Positions 23,004 to 38,000 of a stretch of 64,000 bases of DNA are shown in pieces (positions within the stretch are counted from its first letter, which is position 1; every line of letters begins with the position of its first letter). The notes under the pieces were generated by a model. It was not told the DNA's origin, searched no databases, and was given only the letters and a program-made list of their open reading frames with translations. The DNA is from Phoronis australis. Lineage: Eukaryota; Animalia; Phoronida. The stretch covers positions 124,001 through 188,000 of the forward strand of contig NMRA01000689.1 of the NCBI GenBank assembly GCA_002633005.1. Direction: 5' to 3'. Made by a program: the position numbers and the translations under genes.

Positions 23004-26000
23004 GTAAAATACGTGTAGCCACTCATTTGATAGAAACCTTGCAACGACTAGGTTAGGTCGTCCAGTAGCGCCGTCGATCCCTTGAAATTTGACTCTTGTA
23101 TTCCTGCATTTGGCTTCGATGTCACTAAGCCCTAATTTGCTTGTCGTGGTCTTTGCCCGACACTCACGATCGTTTGAACCAGTTTTCGTGGTTTTGGACT
23201 TTAAAAAATAAAATGTAGAATGTGTCCTCATGACCTACAAAAACGGGACCCCTTCCGGCGAAGTCCTTGACCGTACGTCCCATCTTCAACGTGCCCTTCT
23301 ACGACGCCTGAGGCTAACGAAGGAAAAAGGTATGCCTCCATGGATTTTCATACTTTCTAGAATTTAGTTGGGCTACGTTCTGTAGACACAAAAGTTTCGC
23401 AAACAATGCTAGTGTGATAACGAGCCTCCCTTGTAACGATTAGCCGCTATCTCTCGACGTTTAGCGTGGTCGTGCGTTTTCAGGAGTTTCTTGGGTCTCA
23501 CGAGTACGCTCTGCCGGGGTTCGCGTCCAGACAGGGAACATTGATCCGGCTGCGCAGCTGTTGATTTAAATAGCTGTCTCTAGTGAGCACCTGCAAAAAC
23601 AGTCGCACCGCAACACCGACTGTGAAGTATAGCCTACACAGAATGCAATGCTGTACTATCTATGCAGGGACCGTCGTGTGCAAAAATCAGTGTAAGACAG
23701 ATAAGAGTGTCCCTGCCCGGTTGCATGAAACAGACCCAAACAGGAACGTAACTAAGTTCTCTTAATCTACTACGTATATGTGGATTTGTGAAAACACTGA
23801 TTGTCCTTTTTTATGATGTTTGAGTCAGCAGTTTTTGGCTTTGAAACAAATCGAGAGCGAAGTCAAAGTTGAGTTCTCAATATTATTAAAAACAAGTAGG
23901 CATCTTTTCATGCAATGCGCCTAATTTAATTACAAAGTCCCTAATTATTTTGAATGAATTAAGGGCTCAGTTTTTAGTTATGTTAATAGGAAATGTTATT
24001 AGTCACAGAGGAGCTTACAATAAATACGAAATAATGAAAAACACTGCATCTCTGATCAAAGAACGAAACAAATACCAAAAAGATTTAGGGAACTTGGTGG
24101 AGTCCCTATTTGGGACTGCTTCATTGAACCGGGCACTGGGCCACTGGTTTCCACATCATATCACTGTTTCCAGGTGTAATTTGTCCCAATCATGCACACT
24201 CGTCGTGAAATTAGACTTAAAGCCCGACCCCTTGCCAACATAAACACAGAAGCAAGATGTCAAAGTTACAGACTGACAACGATGTGCTTCATTTGTTAGG
24301 AGAACATGTAGTTCAAGGGTTCCGGTAATTAAGTTCACCTGATGCAGAGATTTTCTGATCTCAACTTTTAGTCATAAAAAATATTGATTTTGAACATTTC
24401 TCATAAAGCAAATGAAGGACAACATTCCTTTTTGTATAACTGGTTTGGAATTATCTAAGTTTTTAACATTTTTGAAATAAAAATTTGTGAGAATTTTTGT
24501 GAAAATTTTATTGAAGCGAAACTGGATATCAGAGATAAAAAGAATAAGAAATACTTCTCACTTTGTCGCGATGATGAAATATCATTTCACCCTTTACACA
24601 GTCTGTTAGTCATTTCTTATATCACTGAGATTAAAAATTAGAATTATATTTTTGAATATGCTCCACAATATGTTCATTTTTACAGCTGGAAACAAATTAT
24701 CGTTTGCCAACTACTATGGTAGTTACATGGTGTTACAACAAGCGCCTGCCAAGGCTACGGTATGGGGGACCGGAAGTGTCGGGGACCATCTTACGCTTAC
24801 TGTAACCATGGCACAGGGACAAAACAAATCGATGCAAATTTACAAGACAACTGTAGAGGAAGGTAAATGTTGAGAAAACGTAAGTTCCATCTGCTCAACA
24901 CATTTGAACAAATTTTTTGACATAATCACGACAAATATCTTGGAATTCGTTATTTCTCAATTATTTTCGGTCAGCCAAATTGGTTAGTTCTGCAACGAAA
25001 ACTCATTTTGATAACACAGCCATACATGCCGCCATTTTTGTCGACTTACGCAGACTGTGGTTCGCGCTGGATTTCACGAAATTTTACGTTTTCACATAAC
25101 CATGGTTACAAACATGTAGAATATACACATTCTTTGCGTTCTTTTAACGTTCCGGTAATGGCCGACTGGGTAATGACAGTGTTGGCTTAGTGTCGTGAAA
25201 TGTATGCCTTGGTTTATTAGTAATTAATGTTGATTATGAAACCCTATACCAATCCTATACCAAGGGCCCAAGAACATTTACCACGCGGTGGAACACCTAC
25301 CTTAGGAGTAGAACAATTATCACTCTCCACAATGCCTTTACCGCAAGATCTTATCACAACCAAGAAGCTTTACCACTGAACCGCAGGCACACTCATCACA
25401 CATCACACGGGAGCAAGTGCTCATTGCATGTGATATGTAGTATTTTGCAGCCTGTGGTGCGAGTTCGATTGATATCGCTGAAACGAGAATTCTTGGATAT
25501 TTTAGGGTTGTACCCGGATGTTTCCACAAAAGGTGGCGTTTGGAGGGTTCTGTTGAATGCTATGCCCGCAGGCGGTCCTTACTCGATAGAAGCACGCGGC
25601 TCCAGCGAGCTCGTTGATATTCATGATGTTATGTTTGGTGACGTTTGGTTATGCGCTGGACAAAGTAACATGGAGTTTACGATGTCGATGGTAGGCCAAC
25701 AATTGTGTTCATACCAAAAGTTATATAATGGCATCGGAAACGGTACTGGTTGGTGGGAATCATAAGTGGATTTACGATGTGGCCCAAGGAGGCTACCTCA
25801 ACCCCCCCCCCCTTATTNATACACATTCTTTGCGTTCTTTTAACGTTCCGGTAATGGCCGACTGGGTAATGACAGTGTTGGCTTAGTGTCGTGAAATGTA
25901 TGCCTTGGTTTATTAGTAATTAATGTTGATTATGAAACCCTATACCAATCCTATACCAAGGGCCCAAGAACATTTACCACGTGGTGGAACACCTACCTTA

Positions 26001-29000
26001 GGAGTAGAACAATTATCACTATCCACAATGCCCTTACCGCAAGATCTTATCGCAAACAAGAACCCCTACCACTGAACCGCAGGCACGCTCATCACACACC
26101 ACACGGAAGCAAGTGCTCATTGCATGTGATATGTAGTATTTTGCAGCCTGTGGTGCGAGTTCGATTGATATCGCTGAAACGAGAATTCTTGGATTTTTTA
26201 GGGTTGTACCCGGATGTTTCCACAAAAGGTGGCGTTTGGAGGGTTCTGTTGAATGCCATGCCCGCAGGCGGTCCTTACTCGATAGAAGTACGCGGCTCCA
26301 GCGAGCTCATTGATATTCATGATGTTATGTTTGGTGACGTTTGGTTATGCGCTGGACAAAGTAACATGGAGTTAACGATGTCGATGGTAGGTGTCGCCAA
26401 AAATTGTTTTCATACCAAAAGTTATATAATGGCATCGGAAACGGTACTGCTTGGTGGGAATCATAAGTGGATTTACGATGTGGCCCAAGGAGGCTACCTC
26501 AACCCCCCCCCCCTTATTCGGACAACACTACAAAGAGTCCACGGTATGGGATTTTAAGGCCTACAAATTTTCTTTTTCTTTGAGAAGAATGGTTGGACTC
26601 CCCTGGCCCTTTCGCGAGATCCTAATATCCGCCTGTGGGAATGATACTCCAGAACACGTGACACAGTTTCAACTGATCATAACACAGAGGCATGGCGATA
26701 ATTTGGCAATCACGATGAAAATGTTGCCTCTGAAAACTTAGACGTGGAGGCAGAGAGTCAACTTCTACCTTTGTGTGTATGTGGTGTGGGACACAACAGA
26801 CCATCCAAAAATTACCCAAACAGTTGTTTCACAGGAACAATTTTACAGTGATGGAGAGCCTGAAAATAGGCAAATGAATGAAATAAAATTGTGGTAACTA
26901 CCCCAGGCGATGCAAACTCAAACTTGACTCCGCCCAGATCTCATTAATTCCACAAATTTAGGCTACGTCAGCCACTAAGCGCGGGTTTGTACGGTGTTGT
27001 GGACTTGGTTGAATCTAGCGTCGGTGCGTTCCGCAGACGCGTTTTCCCCGAGGTTCTCGCGGAGCGCACGTCTGGTTACGAATGGAACGTGGATCTGTTT
27101 CCAAATGGTCAGTGCATTCTCAGTATTGCGAACAGCCTGAGTTACCCTTTTGAGTTTACGGTCGTGGTGACAGCGGGTGTAGCAATGGTTTTTGAGGAAT
27201 AAAATGTATTGTTCAGTGTAGTTTGAATGTGTAGTGGGTCGGGTGATGATTAAGTCACCACTGCATTCTGTTAAAGGTGTTTAATGCGTCTGAAGAGATT
27301 GCCACTGCTGGAAACTTTCCTGACGTGAGAGTGTTCACCTTGAAGCCACAGTCTGGGATGATACCACATACTGATGTCATCGAAGTGGCGCAGTCGTGGA
27401 CAATGTCCAGCAAAGGTAAGCCCTTTGAAACAGCGCTTGCTAATTTGAATTTTTGTTGAAATAGAAACTAAAATTTATTTCAGTTACTTGCACGGTGCCT
27501 ATGGTAAAATTAATGACCAAAATTGTATTTTTTCATTTTTCAAATGCTCATTGCACTGCCAAAACTGTCCAAAATTTCAATGGGTGTTTGTTGCTGACAG
27601 CCATTCCATAAAAAAAAATTAATTAAACAAGTGAAATCGTCTTCTGTTTCATTCTTGTTGAAATATTGATAAAATAAAATTTTACCCTTCCGCCATAGTG
27701 TGTTCCAATTTGAAGAAACTTTTTGCTCTACCCATCATCTTATAAAGTACTGTAGTCTCTTTTGTCATTTTCTTCTTTTCTCCGTTCTCCGTAGCAACAA
27801 TTGGTGGACCGGATTGGAAGTATTTCTCCGCTGTCTGCTGGCTTTTCGGCCGCTATCTGTATAAACGCCTGAACTATCCAATTGGTTTGATTGCTTCGAC
27901 TTGGGGCGGTACGCCTATAGAAAGGTGGTCCTCGCCCGCGGTTTTGAAGTCGTGCAGCATACCTCACGAGGCAAGTATATGTGTACTCTGCAACAGGTTT
28001 CACATAGGCGAAGTAGTGTCTGGAAATGACCACCGCCAGTAATAATCTCGATGCGTCGTGTCTTTGTATTCTTCACCTTTTGCTGTTCGTATTTTGTACA
28101 CTTGTTTCTGTATTTCACACCTGAAGATTGTCTCGCAATTATTTAAAGCTACATTTCGCGCTGCGATTTAACTGGCAAAAACAATGAAAATCGATTGATG
28201 TCCTTTACTCTCACGAAATCGGTCTCACAATATTCTTTTCCACAGTAGGATTTTGTTTCCAGCACCAACAAGTACACCAAAATCGTCAGCGATTCAAGAA
28301 AACGCCTCAGAATTTATTGGTGTTGATCGACCCTAAGATTGTGGAATCGAAAATGGCGCATGCTGGCATTGCCTGTGTTTTTGGTTACAGGCTCATTCGG
28401 CAATAATTTGATGAACATGACTAAGTTAATGGATGTTTTTAAACCCCAATGGGCTTCGGTTCAGTGTTCAACATTCACAGTTAAGCAGCGGCGAAATACA
28501 GCTGTATCGGTGTGTGTTCGCTCCAATGCTTAACGATCCGTTTGTGTGCTGCATAGTTCCCTCTACCTATGGTTTACCTATAACGTGACGTACGAGTAAT
28601 TTGAAAGATTGTTACTTGTAAACTGGTGCAAAATAGTCGCATTAAAATACATTTTAATTAAACCATTGCATAAAACGTAACTGTCAAGGAACAAAGATCG
28701 TTTTGACGAATAGCTGGACATCTTTTAAGCATCTCGTGATATTGTAGGAACACGACAGTGAAATATGGAACGCCATGATTTTCCCTTTGTACAATATGAC
28801 CATCAAAGGCGCCATCTGGTACCAAGGAGAATCTAACACCGACAAGCCCGATTCTTACAACTGTTCGTTTCCCGCAATGATCAGCGACTGGCGAGCAGGT
28901 TTCAATAAAGCTAGCAGCCGACAAACACAGCAGTTGTTGCCGTTTGGCTTTGTTCAGGTACCCGAGTGTTTGAAATTTTGACAGATGGGCCAACATCGCA

Positions 29001-32000
29001 TATAAGTTTGATTTTGAGACTACTTCAGTTTATGCTTTTTATCGTTATTGACCAGGACGGGGATGGTGGTAATTATTATGAATATTCATGCCTCCGTCAT
29101 TGCCCTCGGCTCTGCAACCAGCACAGCAAAAATAATGTATGTGCACATTTCAGTAAACGCTTTGGGTTTTCATTTTGTCTTGTGTGCTTATGGTCCTTAA
29201 TTAGGGCGTTAGTCGTAGCTCACTTCTTACCATCCTGTGACCATGTCAGGAGGCCAACTTCATGTCCTCAAGCCTTTCTCGCGTTGCTAATTTTTTATGC
29301 CTCCAAATTTTACATTATTGGTCAAGAGGTGGCGCTTTATGATGCTTCTTCACAAGATCAGAATTTGAGGTGTAGAACTATTTTTGCTGTCTCCGTATTT
29401 ATTGAGTCAAATTTCTAAGTTTAAACACGGGGACTTTATGCTTTAATAAAATAAATGGATTCAGCAATCAAAAACATAAAAGCAAAAATGTCTCTCCCAT
29501 GCATGGCCTAAACGTGGTGTTATTGGGAGCCCCATCAATGATAGTTGTAGAAGGAATGGTGATGGTGATGATGACGGTAGTGCTGATGACTGTGACAATG
29601 GTGACACTGGTGATGGTTAGAGGTGTGGATTAAAAGTAGTCAGTGTTGGCGGCTGTGGTAGTAGCGATGGTGCATGGTGGAAGCAGTTGTGGTGGAATTG
29701 TGGTGGTGGTGGTGGTGGTGGTGGCATTCAGATGGAGATGATGGTGGGTGTGGTGATGATAAAGGAGGAAGCGGTGGTGGTTGTGGTATTGGTGGTTGAA
29801 GAGATAGTGCTGATGGTATAGTGGCGTTCAGGTGGAGATGATGATGGTGGTGGTGGTGCTGGTGGTGATACAGGAGGCGGTGGTGGTGGTGGTGGTGGCA
29901 GTCTGTGTAGAGATAGTGGTGGTTGTAGAGATGGTAGTAGTTGAAAGATAGTGGTGATGGTTTAGTGGCTTTCAGGTGGAGATGATGGTGGTGGTGATAG
30001 AGGAGGAGGTGCTTGTGGTGGTGGTGGCGGTTGTAGAAATGGTGATGGCTGTAGAGATGGTTGTGGTGGTAGTGGTATTCAGGTGGAGATGATGGTGGTG
30101 GATGTGGTAAACACGATGGTAGTGGTTGTGGTAGCGGAGGAGATAGTGGTGGTGTTAGGGATGGTGGTGATGGTGGTACTTGTGGTGGTGGTACAGTCAG
30201 TGGAGATGGAAGAGTTGTTGTTGTTGTTGGTGGTGGTTGTGGTGGTGGTGGTGGTAATGATTACGTGATTGTTCGATATATCTGGATCATCACTACAACA
30301 ACAATGTAGGACCAAATCCCAAGTGTCTGAAGCGTACATGAATTTTCCGCTAAATTTCAACTTCCCGCTTGCAAGCAGTAAAGGTTTGAGGAAAGCCATG
30401 ACTGAGCAAAAGGTGGGGTTAACAACTGGCAATCTATAGCTTAGAACAGACTCAAAAATTATGAAATTGACATTCCTAGTCTTCATATGCAGCACAAAAC
30501 TTAAAATGCGTGTTAACCCAGCAGGTACCAATTTTTAATAGAACTGGAGGAGGCAAATTCAGCCGTGGTTCAAACAAATATTGAATGTCACCTTAAGGGA
30601 CCTGGGACCAGGGTCTTATCTTCGTCCTCAAAATTATTCGAAAATTGACCAATGGCATGACACGTTTCCAGTTAACTTATAAATTTGACCAACCATGCGG
30701 CCTGATGGGTCAATATTCGAGCCTGAACTCAGAAATTAGATTCTGGTGTTTTTGCTAATATCTGCTAATAGCCTAAGTAAAGATGGTTTGTGTGGTTTAC
30801 AGCTGGCTCCCTATCGCCCACCGCCTGATGGTGACTCTCCACGTGGATTTCCTGATATTCGCTGGCATCAAACTGCCGACATGGGCGTAGCTCCTAATCC
30901 TAAACTGCCAAACGTGTTTATGTCTGTAGCCGTGGATCTCCCTGACTACAAATCACCGTATGGTTCGTAAGTACGCATACTTTATCATTCGTAAGAAGGT
31001 ATACTCACACAAAAACTATCAAAACTTTCATATACAAACATCCATACAACTGAAAACTCAACACTTACGAGCAATTCCATATAAAAACCAGATGGTGGGC
31101 TATATATGCGAAATCACTAATTTTTTTGAAACTTAGCACATCAGCTGGCCTTGTCAAAAGAAAGCTGAGCCTGATGTTTTAAGAGTTTCTGAGTTTTTTT
31201 TAACCCTTTTTAACACCACTTTGTACTTTTTCTGAAAAATAGCAAATAATAGTACTCGGAAGTAGGTAACTTTTTGCCAGCAACAACACAGCAGAAAGAA
31301 GAAAGAATAACATACAAGAAAAAATAAATCGGATGGATTTATTGATTTTTTATGTCCTCCCATTTTAGCCTACAAAAATGTCATTTTCACTGCTTATTAT
31401 TAAGGCCATTTTTACGCATTTTTATCGCTCTCCCAAATCTATATCGGCTTCTTTTGGAACATGAGTTGACTTCCGTTTGTTACTGCTGTCTTTGTTCCGC
31501 CCAACACAAGAATAAAAAATCTTGTCTCTTTCATAGTTTTTGTGCAGTCATTTTTTACATAACTCACTTACACAATTTTCTGTCAATCTGTGACTGTCAG
31601 TTACATTAAAAGACTCTAGGAGGCGCTACTCGATTGTGCAATTATCTATCGACCAAGATGCCAAATAGAACAAACATCATTTGTTTTGCTACATCAGTGA
31701 CGAAGGAGATCATGGGAAGCTGTATGAGAGATTTTTTCTTCGCGGATTTTCAGTTTTGCTGGTGCAAAAATAAAAATCTATTATAGGATTACAGAACTAA
31801 AGAAAGTCAATTTTTATGTACTGATGGGTTAATAATACAACCCCCATCACCATCTCATACTTCAGAGAAGAAGGTTTTATTCTTATTAAGGGTGCCCAAT
31901 GCCCATTCCCCCTTGCTTGGTCAGTTTTTGAACACCGTAATGGACTAAGAATCCCACGCACTGCCTGCAGTGCATGCTGGTCCATTTTTCAGACCTGGAC

Positions 32001-35000
32001 AAGTCCCTGTACATGCGCTTGAAAAAGTCCTCAGTCTCAAACTAATAGCAAAGTTCATACTAAAACTAATCAAGATCTTCGAGATCGCAAGTGAAAAGAG
32101 GACGGTGGATACAAGCAGAGGTGTCGTGTTATTGGACATACAAAGGGTCACGCAATGCTTTAANNNNNNNNNNNNNNNNNNNNNNNNNNNNNNNNNNNNN
32201 NNNNNNNNNNNNNNNNNNNNNNNNNNNNNNNNNNNNNNNNNNNNNNNNNNNNNNNNNNNNNNNNNNNNNNNNNNNNNNNNNNNNNNNNNNNNNNNNNNNN
32301 NNNNNNNNNNNNNNNNNNNNNNNNNNNNNNNNNNNNNNNNNNNNNNNNNNNNNNNNNNNNNNNNNNNNNNNNNNNNNNNNNNNNNNNNNNNNNNNNNNNN
32401 NNNNNNNNNNNNNNNNNNNNNNNNNNNNNNNNNNNNNNNNNNNNNNNNNNNNNNNNNNNNNNNNNNNNNNNNNNNNNNNNNNNNNNNNNNNNNNNNNNNN
32501 NNNNNNNNNNNNNNNNNNNNNNNNNNNNNNNNNNNNNNNNNNNNNNNNNNNNNNNNNNNNNNNNNNNNNNNNNNNNNNNNNNNNNNNNNNNNNNNNNNNN
32601 NNNNNNNNCAGCGGCGAAATTAGGGGTCATTGAGTGCACAAAATTTGGCATTTGGGTTTATGTTAGGATACCTACCCATGTACAAAAAATGAAGTTGTTT
32701 TAAATTTTGACGTATAGACTGATTTTTGAAAATCTACTGGTTTTTATATGGACTGTCTCTTAATTCTTGTATTACACAAAAGCGGCCGAGCATGGTGGCA
32801 GTGAGCCAATGGAATTTGCAGTTTCAGAAAAATAACAGGTACGGATATTTACTATTGAAAACATAATACTTTCAGTGATATCCAAGTTACCGGCTTCCTA
32901 AACCAGTATTTAAACAATTGGGTGTTGTTGCGACTTACCAGCTAAAAGTTTCACAATATGTAAATTCCGTTCATGCGGCGGAATCAAAACCACAGTTTCT
33001 TTAAGGTATGCTAGGTTTAGTGTATGATGCATTTCCACACAACACTTCAAAAACTAACCGCAAAATACGTTGAATCCATCCCAAAACGGGAACATGTCAT
33101 TGTTTCTTTAATAGAAAGCTATTTACCAAATTCAGTAAAAATCCGTCAAGGAATTTAGAAGTAAAAGAGGAAAACAAAAAAAAAATTGCCACTAGGGGGC
33201 AAAAATTCATTGGAAAGTCATCTTGGTCCGTTGTTTACTTCACATAAATACACTTACTAAAATTAATCAAGATCCTGCAGTGGGTTCAGGAGATACAGCT
33301 ATGGGCGCAAAAACAAAACTGCCACAGTAGTCGATGTCGTTGGAAAATCATCATTAACCGTCCCCTTCACACTAAGAACATATATGCTAATTTTCAAAAT
33401 TATGCTTAGAGTGGTTTGGTTGGCAGAGGAGAGGACGCCAAAAGCAGACTAGGAAACAATAAGAATGGCCCTTAGATGGCGTAAAATATGTCGAATCATC
33501 CAAAAACGCCGTTTCTGTAATGGAAAGCTGTTTACCAAATTTCATAAAAATCCATCAAGGAACTTCAGAGAAATGGGGGATAACGGAAAAAATGAAATTG
33601 CCGCTAGTGGGCACAGCGTTTGTTGGATCCGTCTGAAAGTCGTCGTCGTCCGCTGTCAACTTCATATAAATGCACTTGCTAAATTTAATATAGATCCTGC
33701 AATGGGTTTAGTAGAAATAGCCATGGGCGCTACAAAAAAACAAAACTGCCACTAGGAAGAGTCAAAGTCGTCGGAAGGTTATCGTCAACCGTTCTCTTCA
33801 CACTAAGAACATATATGCCATTTTTCACAATCATTATATGGATGGTTTGTTTGATAGGGAGGCAGACTCGAAAACAGCAAAAATGGCCACTGGGTGTAAC
33901 ATAATACCTCAAATACATCCGAAAATGGGAGGATAACGCCATCTCCCTAATAGATGGTTATGTGCCAAAATTCATGAAAATCCGTTGAGGAACTTTGAAG
34001 ATACAGAGGTAAATGTATAAAACTAGGATTGCCACTAGGGGGCACACCAGTTGTTGGATCCATCCGAAATTTGTCGTCATCTGTCATGTGGGCTCATAAA
34101 AACCCGTGTTCCATTCAGAAACTGATGAGGTGCACATCTGAATACGGCTGACCGACAAGTCAGACATGACTGAATGACAAAAAGTACTGAATAAGTGAAA
34201 AATTATGATAAACTGCCATTACAATTTTAAAGGGAAGTGAACTGTATTGTCAATTTTTGAGTCGTGGGGTATAATCATGAGAGGAGCTTCTTTCCATACT
34301 TAAAAATATATTGACGTAAACATTAAAATACAAATTACGGCAAGCAATCGCCTCAGGGATGGTCGCCATCATTGCTCTGGCATAATCTACTCGCTTCAAT
34401 GGCGACCCGAGCAGACTAGTTGAAAGGCAAATCTGGTGACGATTTCACCAGCTATCACAAGTCATATGTACTAAAGATGTGTATAAAGATGGGTCACGTT
34501 TTGTACAAGTATGGTACACACTTTTTCGTGGTCTTTCGGTATAAACATGGGTCACACCTTTGAACCATTTGAATAAATATGGATCGCAATTTTCAGACTT
34601 GCAAGGTATAACATGGTTGCAATTTTCAAAGTCCAGCAGCCCATCCTAACCCGCTTAGGCCTATCAGGTTTGTCCCCCTGAGCAATCAGTAAGTCGTAAG
34701 TTGTCAGTGAGAGCTAATACAATATTCTGAACTCAAGTCATGACCTGTTGACCCAGGCCAACAGTTGTGATAAATATGAAGTAACGTTTTAGCAACTACT
34801 AATATCTTACTTGCACCAACAGGGACTAACAAATCAAACTGGCGAAAAATCTTTTGCGACATGCGAAAGTCAAAGCCCCGTTAAATCTTTCGCTTCGTTC
34901 TAGCTGTGTGTTTTCGATAACAGCACATTAATTTTTGTCTAAAGCCAAGTCCAAACTTATGTCGATATGTAAAACATATGAGGGCGCTTTTCCATTGATT

Positions 35001-38000
35001 TGTCAGTCCAGCTCTGGCAAGAATCAACTGTAATTCCGATATACTTTCAAACTTCAGTGGCACTTTGCACGACCTCAGATAACTTCTGACGTCTTTAACA
35101 CAGCCAATGAAGGCCACATTTCCTCCGCGATCCCACTTTAGTGACGAAAATTGACCAAATGTACAAGAAGGAAATTCCTCCCTATTCTTTGCAGTGACAG
35201 GAAGTGCATGTAATTTCGAACCCTAAAGTGCTATTGGTAAAGTGTTTCAGAAAATTGGGGTCTCAAAAGTGAAACTTAAAATTTTTGTGATATTGCATTG
35301 TTGAAATTAAATCATATATTTTTGGTGATATCTCTGAACTAAAAGAGTAGCCTCAATTCTCTTGTCAGTCAGAGTAAGGCCACATCACAAAAATGCCCAA
35401 ATTCGAGGGCCACGTTAAGCACTAAATACAGCATATAAGAGACAAGTTTTTTTTAAAAGCAATTACCTAAGATGTGTCTTAGAAGTGTCTACACAGAGAA
35501 TTTCAACTTCAAATATCTTCCGATATAGCAGGCAGGTTAAGCAACATCTTTCCACTTCTGACTGGCCTGAAAAGTGGTCTCGGAGTTTTCTTCCCTGCTG
35601 TAAATTTAAATGTACCTATGAGTCTCAAATTTCATTTTCTTACTAACCTTACATGAGTCTTTATGACCATCAATGTCAAACTTTGTCACCAGTTTTCCAA
35701 GTTTGATCTTTTGCCGTTCCAAAAGGGCAGTTTTACTGACATGAAAAAATGCAAAATATGCCTTTGTAGCCAAACAGGTCATATCCCGGTAACCAAAGGT
35801 CACTGAGTGCAAATATTGCAGCAGTGTACATTGGGCCAACATCCCAACACATGCACAAAATATTAGCTCTGTATGAATTTTTGAGTATATAGTGATTTTT
35901 CATTTTCATATGCTTTTTATATGGAATCATTCTTACAACGTGATCTTATCGCCATCTTGGCTCTGCGCGCTGTTTTTTTTTTATTTTGTCAGTAATTATA
36001 TGTATGTGTTCGCTCTATACCTGCTTCGAACAAAATGCTTTGTATCGCGACTCAGTTACGATTTTATATATGTCGATTCACAGTAAGGTGAAAGGTTACA
36101 CTTCCTGTCTAACACAAAAGGTTATTCTGTCACCATACGCAATGTTATAGCAAAACAGGGGAACTTTTTGAGAAATCACAAGCTACGTATTTGCTGTACT
36201 TCCTAGATAACGACAGTTTGACTTTGACTTTTCGTAGAATACATCCAAGAGATAAGCTAGATGCGAGCGAACGTCTGGGACTAGCAGCAATGGGCGTGGC
36301 GTATGGTCAAAACGTGGACTATACTCCACTTATGCCGAGTGCGTTCTACGTCGATCTTGTGTGGTGCAACATGACAATTGAGTTTGACAAAGGCCAACGC
36401 GCTCTTGACGTGCGCCGAGTGACAACAGGATTTGAGGTATTGTNACCTGCTTCGAACAAAATGCTTTGTATCGCGACTCAGTTACGATTTTATATATGTC
36501 GATTCACAGTAAGGTGAAAGGTTACACTTCCTGTCTAACACAAAAGGTTATTCTGTCACCATACGCAATGTTATAGCAAAACAGAGGAACTTTTTGAGAA
36601 ATCACAAGCTACGTATTTGCTGTACTTCCTAGATAACGACAGTTTGACTTTGACTTTTCGTAGAATACATCCAAGAGATAAGCTAGATGCGAGCGAACGT
36701 CTGGGACTAGCAGCAATGGGCGTGGCGTATGGTCAAAACGTGGACTATACTCCACTTATGCCGAGTGCGTTCTACGTCGATCTTGTGTGGTGCAACATGA
36801 CAATTGAGTTTGACAAAGGCCAACGCGCTCTTGACGTGCGCCGAGTGACAACAGGATTTGAGGTATTGTTTTATCACTGGGATTTCGCCGGATAACCAAC
36901 CGTTGGTGGTTGTGCAAATACCACGAATCTAGTCCGACAGCCACCAGCGAAATTCTCTGAGCTGGTCTACTGAAAATTGATTGGCGAGTGCGTTTTTGCG
37001 CAATTGATACTAAATTCCATCAAAATTTTTGTATAACTTATAAAAAGAATTCTTCAAAGACGATAATGCACGTCACAGGAAAGCTCATTTTCGCGCCTTT
37101 CAGTCATTCACCTCTACAATAGAGAGTTCATTTGCTCAACATATCATTTACATAGGCGGATTTAGGGGGGGAAGGGGACCCCCCCTTTAGTTAGCTGCCG
37201 CAAAAAATAAAAAAGCAAGAGCGTAGGGGAATGTTGAGTTTATTAATTAACCCCGGTAAATAACATTATACGGCTGAAACAAGATTTAAATGTGTGCAGT
37301 TTTAGTGTGTTTGGGGGGCGGGGCTCAGATCCATTTCAAGTGTCAAATTCGGAACATGGCGCTATCGTAACGGAACTATGGCTAAGTATAGGCTCTCCCG
37401 CGATAACCCAGACGACCGGTAGTGGCGCTGCGCACTACGACTCGTTTCCGTCGTCTGCTTCACTGTGCAATGAAGAGAATTGTTTCATTTTTTAAAGAAA
37501 ATGGAATATGAGTGACAATGAAAAAAACAGAGGCTGCTGGTAAGATGTGAATTTTAATCGAAGCCTTAGTGAATCACTCAGAAACTCATAATTCTCTCTT
37601 TGTCAAACCTTAAGTTAAGACGATTTCCAAAGAAATCGCGTCATTATTTCCAACAAAAAAAACGGATTTGGTCTTTTGGGCAATTGAAGACTATTTTAAA
37701 TACAACAAATTTGTTACGAACTGATTGCACAAAATATAAAAAGTGTAATAAGCATTACAAAAAGAAGTAGGTTTCGCGCGCAAACGTTGTGGACCATAAA
37801 CAAGTAGGTCTTTTAGGTAGGAATAACTAACGAGTGAAGTCGTGGTGGTACAGTGGTAACGCAAGCGTGCTCTATCCGCCAGGTCGTGAGTTCGAGTCTG
37901 TGATAGTTGCAGTTTTTCAAGTTTGACACGTTTTCCGTTTTTTTAATCGTTGCCCTTTTTTCTTGGATAATACTTCAGGAATCAAGGAAAATGCTTGATA

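Larger units (their letters stand above)
25123..26518. repeat. ~695-bp tandem duplication centred on a single N, containing SIAE exon 3
   Basis: 25123-25817 vs 25819-26518, a few percent divergent. Confidence 0.9.
36019..36869. repeat. ~425-bp tandem duplication centred on a single N, containing SIAE exon 8
   Basis: 36019-36443 vs 36445-36869 essentially identical. Confidence 0.92.

Noticed and set aside
30079-30531. Thr-rich / Val-rich ORFs resembling mucin or TM segments
   Set aside because: Products of the (GTG)n low-complexity tract inside a SIAE intron; no splice support
31970-32651. ORFs of 163-217 aa
   Set aside because: Open only because of the N run
34122-34165. CTGATGAG as a hammerhead ribozyme core
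   Set aside because: No stem II followed by GAAA at the required position
36019-36869. Apparent tandem duplication of SIAE exon 8 (mutually exclusive exons)
   Set aside because: Coding copies identical and joined at a single N; copy A intron is cut 7 nt after the donor, the pattern of an assembly overlap
37839-37905. tRNA gene
   Set aside because: A/B boxes present but no intact cloverleaf or acceptor stem
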